From: Solirubrobacteraceae bacterium | GTDB lineage: Bacteria > Actinomycetota > Thermoleophilia > Solirubrobacterales > Solirubrobacteraceae | Reading direction: 5' to 3' | NCBI GenBank assembly: GCA_051955355.1 | Contig: JBQCGU010000072.1 | Span: 170-64,169, forward strand | Length of the DNA stretch: 64,000 bases | Shown here: positions 12,326 through 23,312 of the stretch, in pieces | Layout: each line of letters begins with the position of its first letter | Position numbering within the stretch: the first letter of the stretch is position 1 | Notes under the pieces: generated by a model | The model's input: the letters and a program-made list of their open reading frames with translations, nothing else | The model's database searches: none | Told to the model about the DNA's origin: nothing | Made by a program: the position numbers and the translations under genes

Positions 12326-13134
12326 GCGAGAGCATCTTCGTCGAGCAGGACGGCGTGTTCGTCCCCACCGAGCACGCGCGCGGCCCGTGGGACCCGCGGG
12401 CGTTGCACGGCGGCGCCCCAGCTGCGCTGATCGCATCGGTGCTCGAGCGCATCCAGCCCGGCGCGGAGCTGCCATTCGCACGACTGTCGTTCGAGTTCCT
12501 GCGACCGATCCCGATGGCGCCGCTGCGGCTGACGACGAGCATCTCCCGGCCCGGCAAGCGGGTGCAGGCGCTTGAGGCAGAGCTGAGCGCCGACGGGGTG
12601 CCGGTGTGCAGGGCGAGCGCGTTGCGCATAGCCCCCGCACCCGACCAGTTGCCGGAGAGCGCCCTCGCCCAGCTGGACGGCCGCTACGGCGAGGCGCTCG
12701 ACCCGCCGCAGAGCGGCAAGGACATCCACTTCACGCTCGACGGCGACGAGCACAAGAGCTTTGCGGGCAGCGCGATCGAGATGCGCTTCCTGCGCGGCCA
12801 TTCGCTGCGCGGAGAGCCGAGCGGCGCGGCAACCGTGTGGATGAGGTTGCGCCACCCGGTGCTCGCCGAGGAGCAGCCGACGCCGCTCACCCGCCTTGCC
12901 GCGGCGGCTGACTTCGGCAACGGGGTGGCGTTCGTGCTGCCGTTCGACGAATACCTGTTCATCAACGCCGACCTCACCATCTCGCTGGATCGCCGCCCGC
13001 AGGGCGAGTGGATCGCGTTGGACGCGCGCACGCTGCTCCAGCCGGGCGGGATCGGTTGGGCGGAGAGCATCCTCCACGACGAGCGCGGCCCGCTCGGGCG
13101 GGCCACCCAGGCGCTGGTTGTGCAGCGCCGCTAG
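12322..13134 (+). CDS. Thioesterase-like (double hot-dog) protein
   Basis: ARGPWDP..LHGGAP, AAADFGNG, FINADLT. Confidence 0.85.
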   Translation: MSESIFVEQDGVFVPTEHARGPWDPRALHGGAPAALIASVLERIQPGAELPFARLSFEFLRPIPMAPLRLTTSISRPGKRVQALEAELSADGVPVCRASALRIAPAPDQLPESALAQLDGRYGEALDPPQSGKDIHFTLDGDEHKSFAGSAIEMRFLRGHSLRGEPSGAATVWMRLRHPVLAEEQPTPLTRLAAAADFGNGVAFVLPFDEYLFINADLTISLDRRPQGEWIALDARTLLQPGGIGWAESILHDERGPLGRATQALVVQRR

Positions 13135-13172
13135 CGATTTCGCTCGGCGTCGCCGGGCTTCGCGCAGCGCGG

Positions 13173-13469
13173 CTAGGCGCGTGCGGAGGGCGCGACGATG
13201 TCGAACTCGGGCAGGTTCTTGCCCTCCTCGAGCTCGCTCAGCTCCCCCTCACGCTCCTGCAGATAGGCGCGCAGCGCCTTCTCGAGCCCCTTGCCGCGAC
13301 GAAAGCCGTCGAACATCTCGTGCACCGGCAGCTCGGGGTCGTCGAGCCGTGCGACGATCGCCTTCAGCTCCTCATAGCCCTGCTCGAACGTGACGCGCTC
13401 CGGTGCCGCCTCAGGGACGGGTTTGGTGGGCTCGAACAGCTGCCGATCTGGTGAGGGGCTGTCGCTCAT
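13173..13469 (-). CDS. xseB: Exodeoxyribonuclease VII small subunit
   Basis: TFEQGYEELKAIVARLD..L; coupled to xseA by a 4-nt overlap. Confidence 0.75.
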   Translation of the reverse strand: MSDSPSPDRQLFEPTKPVPEAAPERVTFEQGYEELKAIVARLDDPELPVHEMFDGFRRGKGLEKALRAYLQEREGELSELEEGKNLPEFDIVAPSARA

Positions 13470-14764
13470 CGTGTGTCTCCTTGCTCTACGTGTGTGACGG
13501 TCGCGCGGACGACACCGTCGGCGAAGCACAGCCGCAAATCGTCGCTCGGCTGCAGCGAAACAGCGCTCGTGACAGGAGAGCCGTCGTCGCCGAGCGCCAT
13601 CACCCATCCTCGTCCGCGAAAGTCCTTGGCGTCGATCAGAGCACCCGCCGCCGCCACCCGCTCGGCGCGGCGCGACAGGTTGCGCTTTACCGCGGGCGCC
13701 AGCCGCAGCGAGTCGGCTTGCACGCTCGCAAGCTGAGCGTGCGTGCGCCGGCGCAGCTCGCGCAGCGCTTCACCGGAGCGGCGATCGAGCGCGGCGATCA
13801 GGTCCATTCGCTTGCGCGTGATGCGCGAGCGCGAGGCGCTCAGGCGCTCGCCGAGGCGCTCGACGAGATCACGCGGACGGTCGAGCACGCGCGCGAGCGC
13901 AACCCGGTGGCGGTCGAGCTCCTCCACCAGCTCTGCCGCCGAGCGCCTGATGGCAAGCTCTGCTGCCTTCGCAGGCACAGGTGCGAACGCCGCTGCCACG
14001 TGGTCGCAGTTGGGACGATCCTTGGTGTGGCCGATGCTCGTGATCACGGGCACCGCGCAGGCGAAGATGGCACGGCACAGGCGCTCGTCGTCGAACGGCA
14101 TCAAATCCGCTGTCGAGCCTCCGCCGCGTGCGAGCACGATCACGTCCACGTCATCCACCGCCTGCAACCGTCCGAGCGCGTCGATGATCGAGCCGACGGC
14201 GCGCACGCCCTGCACGGAAGCCGGGCAGAAAAGGATGTGTTGCGGCGGGAAGCGGTTGCGCAGCGCCTGGATCACGTCGATGTTCGCGTCGTTGCGAGCC
14301 GCGATCACGCCCACGCGACGCGGAAATGCAGGCAGCGGCTTGCGCCGATCGGGGTCGCACAGCCCGTCGGCACGCAGCCGCGCGAGCGTTTGCGCCCGGC
14401 GGCGCAGCAGCTCCCCCTCGCCGGTGGGGCGCAACCGGTCGATCACGAGCTTTGTCGAGCCGCGCGGCGCGTAGAAGCCGACGCGCTCGTAGTGCGCCTG
14501 CACCAGCTCGCCCTGCTTGGGCAGCGGCTGGCAGGCGGACACACGTCCTCGCCAGATGCACGCGTCGAGGCTGGCGCTCTCGTCGGCGAGCGTCAGGTAG
14601 ACGTGACCTGAGGCGCGATGGACGTTGATCGAGCTCACCTCACCCTCGATCCAGCCGTCGCCGAGTCCCCGCAACGCTCCGTCGATGCGAGCTGCGACCT
14701 GCGAGACGCTGGGCGCCTTGCTGTCGGTTGGGGCCGTCGCGGGTATGTCGGCAAGCTCCGCCAT
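13466..14764 (-). CDS. xseA: Exodeoxyribonuclease VII large subunit
   Basis: WIEGEVS...SGHVYLTL.D OB fold, ARGGGS..DL..FDDE, SIGHTKD, PVPAKAAE. Confidence 0.88.
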   Translation of the reverse strand: MAELADIPATAPTDSKAPSVSQVAARIDGALRGLGDGWIEGEVSSINVHRASGHVYLTLADESASLDACIWRGRVSACQPLPKQGELVQAHYERVGFYAPRGSTKLVIDRLRPTGEGELLRRRAQTLARLRADGLCDPDRRKPLPAFPRRVGVIAARNDANIDVIQALRNRFPPQHILFCPASVQGVRAVGSIIDALGRLQAVDDVDVIVLARGGGSTADLMPFDDERLCRAIFACAVPVITSIGHTKDRPNCDHVAAAFAPVPAKAAELAIRRSAAELVEELDRHRVALARVLDRPRDLVERLGERLSASRSRITRKRMDLIAALDRRSGEALRELRRRTHAQLASVQADSLRLAPAVKRNLSRRAERVAAAGALIDAKDFRGRGWVMALGDDGSPVTSAVSLQPSDDLRLCFADGVVRATVTHVEQGDTR

Positions 14765-14836
14765 GACATCCAAACGCTAGACCGCCGCCCGGCGGCGAGA
14801 CGCAGCGTCGCTCAGCCAGTGCTGCTCTCGGTACGC

Positions 14837-15520
14837 TCAGTCAGCTGCAGCCGGGAACGGGTCGCGCAGCGTGGAGAGCACGTGGTCGGCGCCCGCCTCG
14901 CGCAACTGCTCGACGGTGTAGCGGCCACTTGCCACCGCCACCGAAACGACGCCCACGCCCTCGGCTGCCTCGACGTCAAGGGGCGTGTCGCCCACCACGG
15001 CGATCTTGTCCGGGTCGATGCTCCGGCGGAGCCGCCGCTCGCCGCGCTCGATCGCGATGCGCGTAAGCTCGACGCGGTCCTCCGAGTCAGAGCCGTAGCC
15101 GCCGAGCAGGAAGAAGCGATTCAGCTGACCCCTGCCGAGCTTGGCGTGAGCCGCCGGCTCCAGCCCGCCGCTCGTGATCCCGAGCAGGATGCCTTCACGC
15201 GTGAGCCGTGTCAGCAGCTCAGGCACGCCGTCCAGAACCGTGTAGCCCTCGGAAGCCGCCACGAAGTCGGGCACCACCGCCATGTAGCCGGACATCAGCT
15301 GCGCCAGCTCCCCATCCTGGGGATCGTGCTGCATGACTTCTCCGAAGACATGCCGAGCGATCACCGGGTCGGTCATCCCCGACTTGGAGTACTTGCCGAT
15401 GTCGACACCCGGGTTGGTGAAGAAGCGCTCGAACGCCCATTCCCAGGCGCGCGCACCCGCTCCCCCAGTGTCGACGAGCGTCCCGTCGATGTCGAACAGC
15501 ACCAGCTCGAACGGGGCCAT
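14837..15520 (-). CDS. HAD family hydrolase
   Basis: FDIDGTLVDT motif I, VVGDTPLD motif IV. Confidence 0.9.
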   Translation of the reverse strand: MAPFELVLFDIDGTLVDTGGAGARAWEWAFERFFTNPGVDIGKYSKSGMTDPVIARHVFGEVMQHDPQDGELAQLMSGYMAVVPDFVAASEGYTVLDGVPELLTRLTREGILLGITSGGLEPAAHAKLGRGQLNRFFLLGGYGSDSEDRVELTRIAIERGERRLRRSIDPDKIAVVGDTPLDVEAAEGVGVVSVAVASGRYTVEQLREAGADHVLSTLRDPFPAAAD

Positions 15521-16467
15521 CAGCGAACCATTACGTCCCCGAGCGCATCGTCGATCGCGGCGAGCGTGGCGGCATCGAGCGTGACGCCCGAGGCAGCGGC
15601 GTTTTCGCGGACCTGCTCCGGTTTGCTCGCCCCGATGATCGCCGAAGCGACGTTCGGCTGGCGCAGCACCCAGGCGAGCGCAAGCTGAGCCATCGTCAAT
15701 CCGGCGTCCTCGGCTGTAGGGCGCAGGCGTTGAACGGCTTGGAGCACCGAGTCGTGCATCAACCGGCCGATGAACCCGCTCATGCTCTCGCTCGCCGCGC
15801 GCGAGTCCGGGGGCGGCTGCTCGCCAGGACGGTACTTCCCGGTGAGCACCCCCTGCGCCAGCGGCGACCACACGATCTGGGAGATGTTCTCGCGTTCGCA
15901 CAGCGATATCAGCTCACGCTCGGGCGCCCGCCACAGCATCGAGTACTGCGGCTGGCTCGACACCCAGCGCGTCACGCCAGGCATCTCAAGCGACTCGCGC
16001 ACCTTCTCCACCGGCCACTCGCTGAAGCCGATGTGGCGCGCCTTGCCGGCTTGCACCACTTCGGTGAGCGCCTGCATTGTCTCGGCGAGAGGCGTCTCCT
16101 CGTCGTAGCGGTGGCATTGGTACAGGTCGACGTAGTCCGTGCGCAGGCGCGCCAGCGACGCGTCGATCTGCTTGTGGATCTGCTCTGCCGAGAGCCCACG
16201 GTCGGTGTCCGACATCGGGAAGTACACCTTCGTGGCGAGCACGTACGAGGAGCGGTCATAGCCCGAGAGCACGTCGCCGAGCAGCTCCTCGGCGGCGCCA
16301 CGCCCGTACACGTTCGCGGTGTCGATGAAGTCGATCCCGACCTCGAACGCCGTCCTCACACACGCCGCGGCCTGCTCGCGCGTGACCCCGCCCGAGTAGG
16401 TCAGCCAAGAGCCAAGGCTGATCTCCGAGACTTCGATCCCGCTCGATCCGAGCTTGCGGCGGTTCAC
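15520..16467 (-). CDS. Aldo/keto reductase
   Basis: FIDTANVYG, LATKV, DYVDLYQCH, GFSEW, WSPLAQGVLTGKY. Confidence 0.95.
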   Translation of the reverse strand: MNRRKLGSSGIEVSEISLGSWLTYSGGVTREQAAACVRTAFEVGIDFIDTANVYGRGAAEELLGDVLSGYDRSSYVLATKVYFPMSDTDRGLSAEQIHKQIDASLARLRTDYVDLYQCHRYDEETPLAETMQALTEVVQAGKARHIGFSEWPVEKVRESLEMPGVTRWVSSQPQYSMLWRAPERELISLCERENISQIVWSPLAQGVLTGKYRPGEQPPPDSRAASESMSGFIGRLMHDSVLQAVQRLRPTAEDAGLTMAQLALAWVLRQPNVASAIIGASKPEQVRENAAASGVTLDAATLAAIDDALGDVMVR

Positions 16468-16528
16468 CGCGCGAAGGCTACCCGGTGGCGGCGAAGCACA
16501 AGCGCGCTCAGGCGAGCACTACAGGCGA

Positions 16529-16819
16529 TCAGGCGGCAACGAGAAGCTCGGCCATCTCGTCAGCGCTGCGCGTTTCCACCATCTCCGGGAAAGTGACGGT
16601 CAGCCGTCCCTCCCGTTCCAGAATCAGGCGGGGCGCGAAGATGGTCAAGCCCGCGATCCGATTTGTGCCAAGCGCATAGTGGATAGCGTGACCCTCTGGG
16701 GTGGGATCTGCCTCGGCCGGCTCTGGCTCCCCGACGCTCAAGAAGAGCATGTCGTTCTCAGCGTCGTAGTGGGCTTGGTGAAAGACCACTGGGCCGATTC
16801 TCAGATTGACGGCTTCCAT
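16529..16819 (-). CDS. DUF2283-like protein (putative antitoxin)
   Basis: HYDAENDMLFLS...IAGLTI pattern of DUF2283-type proteins; overlaps upstream toxin-like gene. Confidence 0.65.
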   Translation of the reverse strand: MEAVNLRIGPVVFHQAHYDAENDMLFLSVGEPEPAEADPTPEGHAIHYALGTNRIAGLTIFAPRLILEREGRLTVTFPEMVETRSADEMAELLVAA

Positions 16820-17124
16820 GACGGTGGGTCCTTTCGACGCGCGAACGCGGTGATGATGCGTGCCGGAACCTGTTCATAGCTTACGACCACCATCAGCCAA
16901 TTGCTCGGGCCGACGCCTCGAGCAAAGTAGTGAACCCCATCCGGATACCTCGGATCGGGTTCGGAGTGGTCTGCGGCGGCGATAGCTCCGAGAACCCCAG
17001 GAGTGAGCGATTGCATCTCGGGATGCTCAACAACCACCTTACTTCGCCATATCCGCTCGAGCAGCACTACTCGTCTGCCCGCAGAATCGGTGACTTCGTC
17101 AAAGACGGGCTCGATGTCTTGCAC
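16801..17124 (-). CDS. Putative RelE/BrnT-like nuclease toxin (DUF4258-like)
   Basis: 107 aa, HPEM, VVVSY...RIITAF; precedes DUF2283-like gene. Confidence 0.55.
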   Translation of the reverse strand: MQDIEPVFDEVTDSAGRRVVLLERIWRSKVVVEHPEMQSLTPGVLGAIAAADHSEPDPRYPDGVHYFARGVGPSNWLMVVVSYEQVPARIITAFARRKDPPSWKPSI

Positions 17125-17175
17125 ACCGCTTCAGGATGCACACGACCTGCACGCAAACTGAAATCAGCGGCAGGC

Positions 17176-20100
17176 CTAGCGCCTTCTCCCCGCGGCGAAG
17201 CTCTGGACCGGGGGAGCGACTGCGCGCATGCTCGCTCCCACCTGCGCGCCATCGCCGTCTTGGGCGTCTTCGACACCATCCTGCTCGGCGTCGCCTCCCT
17301 TGGACGCGCCCGCCCCGTGCCCTGGCAAAGCGGTGGGCAGGCGGCGTACGCGTGCAGGGGGCGCGGTGCGGGCGTCTTCGTCGTCTGCTGGCGAGAGGAA
17401 GCGCTCCAGTGCAGCCAGCTCGTGGACAACCACGTTGATTACGCCCGAGGAGATCTCCAGGCGGCCGCGGGCGAGCCGCAGCGGCTCGGCGCGGGCGAGC
17501 GGCAGGTGGCGCTCGTAGATGCGCTCGGGGACGATCAGGTTGATCGCTCCCCACTCGTCCTCGAACAACAGAAACATCACTCCCTTGGCGGTGCCCGGTC
17601 GCTGGCGGGCGATCACGAGTCCCGCGACCGTCACCGAGCAGCCGCTCGGAAGGCGCGGAAGCTGAGCGCTGGTGGTGAGCATGCGAGCGCTCAGACGAGG
17701 ACGCAACGCCGCCATCGCGTGATCGGCGGCGGTTACGCCGCTCGTGGCGTAGTCGGCGATCAGCCGCTCCCAGCGCCCGAGCGGACGCAGCTTGGGCGTG
17801 TCGGGCACGTCGAGTGGCAGCGCAAGCTGCGTCTCCTCTCCCACCCGCTCCCCCGAGGCTGCCACTCCCAACTGCCAAAGGGCCATGCGCCTGCGCGCAT
17901 GCGCGTCCGCCGAAGACTCTGCGCCAATGAGCCCGTCGCAGGCGCCCGACCAGGCGAGCTGTTCGAGCGTCGGGCGGCTGAGCGCCACCCGTCCCGCCAA
18001 GTCGCCGAGGTCGCGGAAGAGGTGACCACGCTCGCGCTCTGCCACGAGCGCCTCAACCTCGGATGCCTTCGCCCCCTTGACGTAGCCCAGCCCGAGGCGG
18101 ACGGCGCCCTGCTCCACCGTGCAACGCACCTGCGAGGTGTTGACATCCAAGCCCAGCACCGCGATCCCGCGGCGTTGGGCCTCGTGGATCAGGCTGTCCG
18201 GGGCATAGAAGCCCATCGGCTGCTCGTTCAACAGCGCGCACAGGAACTCCTCGCCGTAGTGGACGCGCAGCCAGGTGGATTGGTAGGCCAGCAAACCGAA
18301 CGCGGCTGCATGGGCCTTGGGGAAGCCGAAGCCCGCAAAGCCCGACACCATCTTCCACACCCGCTCGGCTGTTGCCTGATCGGCGCCGGAGCAGCGCATC
18401 GCGCCCGTGATGAAGCGCTCGCGGTTGCGCTCCATCGCCTCCTGCGAGCGCTTGCGGCTCATCGCCCGGCGCAAGCCGTCGGCATCGCCCGCGGTGAAGC
18501 CGGCGAATGCTTCTGCCACCTGCATCACCTGGTCTTGGAAGATGATCGTGCCGAGCGTCTCCTTCAACACCGGCTCGAGCGCCGGATGCTCGTAGGGAGG
18601 CTCATAGCCGGGGTCTTGCAGCTGGCGGGTGCGCCGCTCGATGTAGGGGTTCACCGCCCCTCCCTGGATCGGTCCGGGCCGCACGATCGCCACCTGAACC
18701 GTGAGGTCGTCGAGGGTGCCCGGGCGGGTGCGGTGCAGCGACTGCATCTGAGCGCGGCTCTCGATCTGGAACACGCCGACGGTGTCCGCCGCGCGGATCG
18801 CATCGAACGTGTCCTCGTCGGCGAAGTCGATCCGCGACAGGTCGACGCGCTCGTTGCGGGTGCGGGCGATTTCCTCGACACAGCGTTCCACCGCCGAGAG
18901 CATCCCCAGCCCGAGCAGGTCGATCTTCAAAAAGCCCGCATCCGCGCACGAGTCCTTGTCCCACTGCACCATCTGCCTGCCCTCCATCGCCGCGGGCGCC
19001 ACCGGACAGCAGTCGACCAGCGGTCTGGTGGACACCACCATCCCGCCCGGATGCTGGGAGAGATGGCGGGGCAGCCCGTACGCCTGCTCAACCAGGCGTT
19101 CGAGCCAGCGCCAGCGCACGGAGCGCCCGGCGCCGCTGTTTGGGGGGCCGAGCACGGAGTCGATGTCGAGCTGTGCGCCTCTCCCCCAGCTGTCGGCGGT
19201 GCGCGCCACGCGCTCTATCTCCCCGGGCGGCAGCCCGAGCACCTTGCCCAGCTCGCGGATCGCCCCGCGCGCTCGGAACGTCGGAAAGGCAGCCACCAGC
19301 GCGGCGCGATCCGACCCGAAGCGCTCGTGCACGCGCGGGATCAGCACCTCGCGGATCTCGCGGGGGAAGTCGAGGTCGATGTCGGGCAGGCCGCCCAGGT
19401 CTTCGTGCAGGAAGCGTCCCAGCAGCAGCCCGTTGGCAACCGGGTCGATGTGTGAGAGGCCGGTGAGGTAGCAGACGATCGAGGACACCGAGGAGCCCCG
19501 TCCGCGCCCGGGTGCGAGCAGGGCGCGTGCGGAGTCCGGCCCACGCACCTCCACCGCCACCTCGCGCGCGAGCTCGAGCATCTCGTGGTGCAGCAGGAAG
19601 AAGCCCGCCAAGCCGAGGCGCTCGATGACGCGCAGCTCGTCCTCCAAGCGCGCCTGCGCCTGCTCGCGTAAGCGCGAGTTGGAGAGCGGATAGAGCACCT
19701 CCAACCGCGCCCAGCACAGCTGCGCCAGCCGCCGCGGCGTGCTCGGGTCCTCCGAGCCCGGATAGCTGTATCCAAGGCTCTTGGTCAGGTCGAACGACAG
19801 CTGCTCGGCGAGCAGCAGCGTCTCGCGCACCGCCTCGGGATGATCGTCGGCGAAGCGGTTTGCCATCGCCTGCGGAGAGCTCATCACGTGCGAGCAGTTG
19901 CCGCGCCGCAGCGGCTCTGAGGCGTCGAGTGTCGTGTGGTGGCGCAGCGCCACGAACGCGTCCTGAAGCGGCGCGCGCGCTGATGTGTGGGTGTGAACGT
20001 TGCCGGTGGCCACGCACCTCGCGCCCACCCGCCTGGCGAGCGCGGCGAGCGTCCGGTTGCGTGCCCGGTCGTGGCGGGCGTATGGGCGTTGCAGCTCCAC

Positions 20101-20568
20101 GCGCACCCGCTCCGGACCGAAGGCGTCGAGCAGCGTTCGCACGGTGGGCTCGTCGTGCACGCCCTGCCGAGCGCACCCGGTCAGGCACACGAGCCCCTCG
20201 GAGTGGGCGACCACGGTGCGCGGATCGACAGCCGGCTCTCCCCGTCCTCGCCCCTCGCGCGTGCCTGCGTGAGCGGCGGTGACGATCCGGCAGAGGTTGC
20301 TCCATCCGCGCGCGTCTTGCACGAGCAGCGTCAGGTGACGCCCGTCGCTCAAATCGATCTCCGCTCCATGGATCGCCCGCACGCCCATGGGGGGAGCGGA
20401 CTGGGCCAGCTCCATCGAGCCCGACAGCGAGTTGTGATCGGTGAGCGCAAGCGCCTGGTAACCGAGTTGCGCCGCTCGATGGGCAAGCTCGTCCGGCAGC
20501 GACACGCCGTCGAGGAACGAGTAGGCGGAGTGGCAGTGCAGCTCTACGTACGGCGGAGTGCCCGCCAT
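17176..20568 (-). CDS. dnaE2: Error-prone DNA polymerase III alpha (DnaE2/ImuC)
   Basis: YVELHCHSAYSFLDG PHP, GRGRGSSVSS, PDIDLDF, SQHPGG, KIDLLGLGML, GFPKAHA, QRPGTAKG. Confidence 0.95.
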   Translation of the reverse strand: MAGTPPYVELHCHSAYSFLDGVSLPDELAHRAAQLGYQALALTDHNSLSGSMELAQSAPPMGVRAIHGAEIDLSDGRHLTLLVQDARGWSNLCRIVTAAHAGTREGRGRGEPAVDPRTVVAHSEGLVCLTGCARQGVHDEPTVRTLLDAFGPERVRVELQRPYARHDRARNRTLAALARRVGARCVATGNVHTHTSARAPLQDAFVALRHHTTLDASEPLRRGNCSHVMSSPQAMANRFADDHPEAVRETLLLAEQLSFDLTKSLGYSYPGSEDPSTPRRLAQLCWARLEVLYPLSNSRLREQAQARLEDELRVIERLGLAGFFLLHHEMLELAREVAVEVRGPDSARALLAPGRGRGSSVSSIVCYLTGLSHIDPVANGLLLGRFLHEDLGGLPDIDLDFPREIREVLIPRVHERFGSDRAALVAAFPTFRARGAIRELGKVLGLPPGEIERVARTADSWGRGAQLDIDSVLGPPNSGAGRSVRWRWLERLVEQAYGLPRHLSQHPGGMVVSTRPLVDCCPVAPAAMEGRQMVQWDKDSCADAGFLKIDLLGLGMLSAVERCVEEIARTRNERVDLSRIDFADEDTFDAIRAADTVGVFQIESRAQMQSLHRTRPGTLDDLTVQVAIVRPGPIQGGAVNPYIERRTRQLQDPGYEPPYEHPALEPVLKETLGTIIFQDQVMQVAEAFAGFTAGDADGLRRAMSRKRSQEAMERNRERFITGAMRCSGADQATAERVWKMVSGFAGFGFPKAHAAAFGLLAYQSTWLRVHYGEEFLCALLNEQPMGFYAPDSLIHEAQRRGIAVLGLDVNTSQVRCTVEQGAVRLGLGYVKGAKASEVEALVAERERGHLFRDLGDLAGRVALSRPTLEQLAWSGACDGLIGAESSADAHARRRMALWQLGVAASGERVGEETQLALPLDVPDTPKLRPLGRWERLIADYATSGVTAADHAMAALRPRLSARMLTTSAQLPRLPSGCSVTVAGLVIARQRPGTAKGVMFLLFEDEWGAINLIVPERIYERHLPLARAEPLRLARGRLEISSGVINVVVHELAALERFLSPADDEDARTAPPARVRRLPTALPGHGAGASKGGDAEQDGVEDAQDGDGAQVGASMRAVAPPVQSFAAGRRR

Positions 20569-20571
20569 CGC

Positions 20572-20871
20572 TCACCCCCCTTGCGTGAACCAGCCGCCGG
20601 CGCAGATGTCGTGGAAGACCACCAGGTTGCGCCCCTGCTCGCCCACCAGCTCCCAGTAGCGACGGCGCAGCGGGCGATCGCTCCACCAGCGGTCTTCCAC
20701 GAGCCACGACTCGCGCACCGCCTCCACTCGTTCCCCGTTCACCTCGCACGGCGTCATGGCGTGCGCCCGGATGCGCGCCGGGCGAGGCAGGTTGAGCGCG
20801 CGCGCCCCTCCCTTGCCCGCGGGGGCGGTGTTCGCACGTGAGCGAGGTCGGCTGGCCACGACAGCGCTCAC
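20572..20871 (-). CDS. Small protein resembling the ImuB C-terminal tail (DUF6504-like)
   Basis: ESWLVEDRWWSDRPLRRRYWE; GTG start overlaps imuB TGA (GTGA). Confidence 0.7.
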   Translation of the reverse strand: MSAVVASRPRSRANTAPAGKGGARALNLPRPARIRAHAMTPCEVNGERVEAVRESWLVEDRWWSDRPLRRRYWELVGEQGRNLVVFHDICAGGWFTQGG

Positions 20872-22049
20872 CTCGATACGGGGGTGAGCACCACCCGTCG
20901 CTCGGGCACGCGCGAATCGGGGTCTATGAACACAGCGCGCAGCGCTCCCTCCGGCCCCGCCACGGCGCGCACCTGACTGACGGCCTCCCCCAAGCGCTCG
21001 CGCCGCATCACACCGTCCTCTTCGAGCAGCGCCCGCTGCTCGCCCGCCGGCGGGCCGAAGCGCTCCACGCACAACCCCAGCGCGCGCACCGGTGCCGGCA
21101 CCAGAGGCAGGCGCAGCGACAGCGCAAGGCGGATGCGCTGCGGGTCCGACAGCGCTTGGCGCAGCACCACACGCTCGTGCCAGGTGCCCTCCCCCACCAG
21201 ACGCGCCGACAGCCTCAGCGCGCGCAGCGTCCTGCCGCGACGCTCCGGGCGCGCGATCAGGCGGTCGACGAGCACGCCGAGCACCCGTTCGAGCATCTCC
21301 CCGGAGCTCGCGTCCCCCACCTCCAGGGTCTCCTCCAAGCACTCCTGCACCGAGCGCGGCTGCAGCGGGCTGTCCTCTCCGCGCGCCAGCCGATGAGCGA
21401 TCGTGCCCTGCTCGCCGAAGCGGTCGCACAGCGCGTCGCCTCCCAGGGCAGCCAGCTCCCCGAGCGTGCGCACGCCCAGCCGCGTGAGCGGCTCAACCAG
21501 CTCCTGCGTGTGTGCCCGAAAGCCGAGCAGCATCACCGGTTGGGCCCTCAGGTAGTCGCCGAGCTGTCCTTGATCGACGATGCGAATCCGTCGAGCAGAG
21601 GCGGCGAACGCCGCCGCCATCGCACAGAAACGGGTGGGACCCGCCCCTATGCGTGCCGGACGCCCAAGCGCCCTGCGAGCGGCGACGATCGCGCCTCGCT
21701 CCGAGCCGTGGATACCCCTCAGACCCTCGGCTTGGAAGTATGCGAGCCCGGGGTGAGCCGGCTCGACGGCTGCGCCGATCCCTTCGAGCGCCGCCAGCAC
21801 CGCCTCCCAGGCATCCGCCACCGCCAGTGGGTCGGCAGGCAGCAGACGCAAGCCGGGGCAGCGGGCAAGCGCCTCCCCCAGCGCCATCCCAGCTCTCACC
21901 CCGTGGGCTTCTGCCGCGCCTGACACCTCCCCGATGCGCAGATCTGAGCCACCCGCCGGAGCGAGCGCCAACGGAGCCTGCGCCAGCTCCTCAGAGCCGC
22001 CTGCGGCGGTGATCAGCTCAAAGCGCGGGATGTGGGTGCACACCACCAT
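20868..22049 (-). CDS. imuB: ImuB-like catalytically dead Y-family polymerase
   Basis: Y-family layout (GVRAGMALGEALARCP) without the catalytic acidic motifs; directly upstream of dnaE2. Confidence 0.85.
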   Translation of the reverse strand: MVVCTHIPRFELITAAGGSEELAQAPLALAPAGGSDLRIGEVSGAAEAHGVRAGMALGEALARCPGLRLLPADPLAVADAWEAVLAALEGIGAAVEPAHPGLAYFQAEGLRGIHGSERGAIVAARRALGRPARIGAGPTRFCAMAAAFAASARRIRIVDQGQLGDYLRAQPVMLLGFRAHTQELVEPLTRLGVRTLGELAALGGDALCDRFGEQGTIAHRLARGEDSPLQPRSVQECLEETLEVGDASSGEMLERVLGVLVDRLIARPERRGRTLRALRLSARLVGEGTWHERVVLRQALSDPQRIRLALSLRLPLVPAPVRALGLCVERFGPPAGEQRALLEEDGVMRRERLGEAVSQVRAVAGPEGALRAVFIDPDSRVPERRVVLTPVSR

Positions 22050-22052
22050 ATA

Positions 22053-22066
22053 CGAACGTATGTTCG
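22053..22066. promoter_or_regulatory. LexA (SOS) box CGAAC-GTAT-GTTCG
   Basis: Match to the Gram-positive consensus CGAAC-N4-GTTCG, 3 nt from imuB ATG, inside a longer near-palindrome and overlapping a TACGTT -10 candidate. Confidence 0.9.
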
Positions 22067-22098
22067 CATATGGCGGGGCGCCCGCAACAGACAGTCGG

Positions 22099-23226
<1,128 letters not shown>

Positions 23227-23244
23227 TTTTCTACTCCTGACGGC

Positions 23245-23312
23245 GCTCGCTGGCGCCTTGCGGTTCGGAGGTTCTGGCTGACCCGAACCGCTCCTGCGGG
23301 ACTCAAGCGAGC
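23245..23312 (-). promoter_or_regulatory. Structured 5' leader of the DEAD-box helicase gene
   Basis: Nested inverted repeats 23245-23251/23306-23312 and 23260-23268/23283-23291 just upstream of RBS. Confidence 0.45.
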
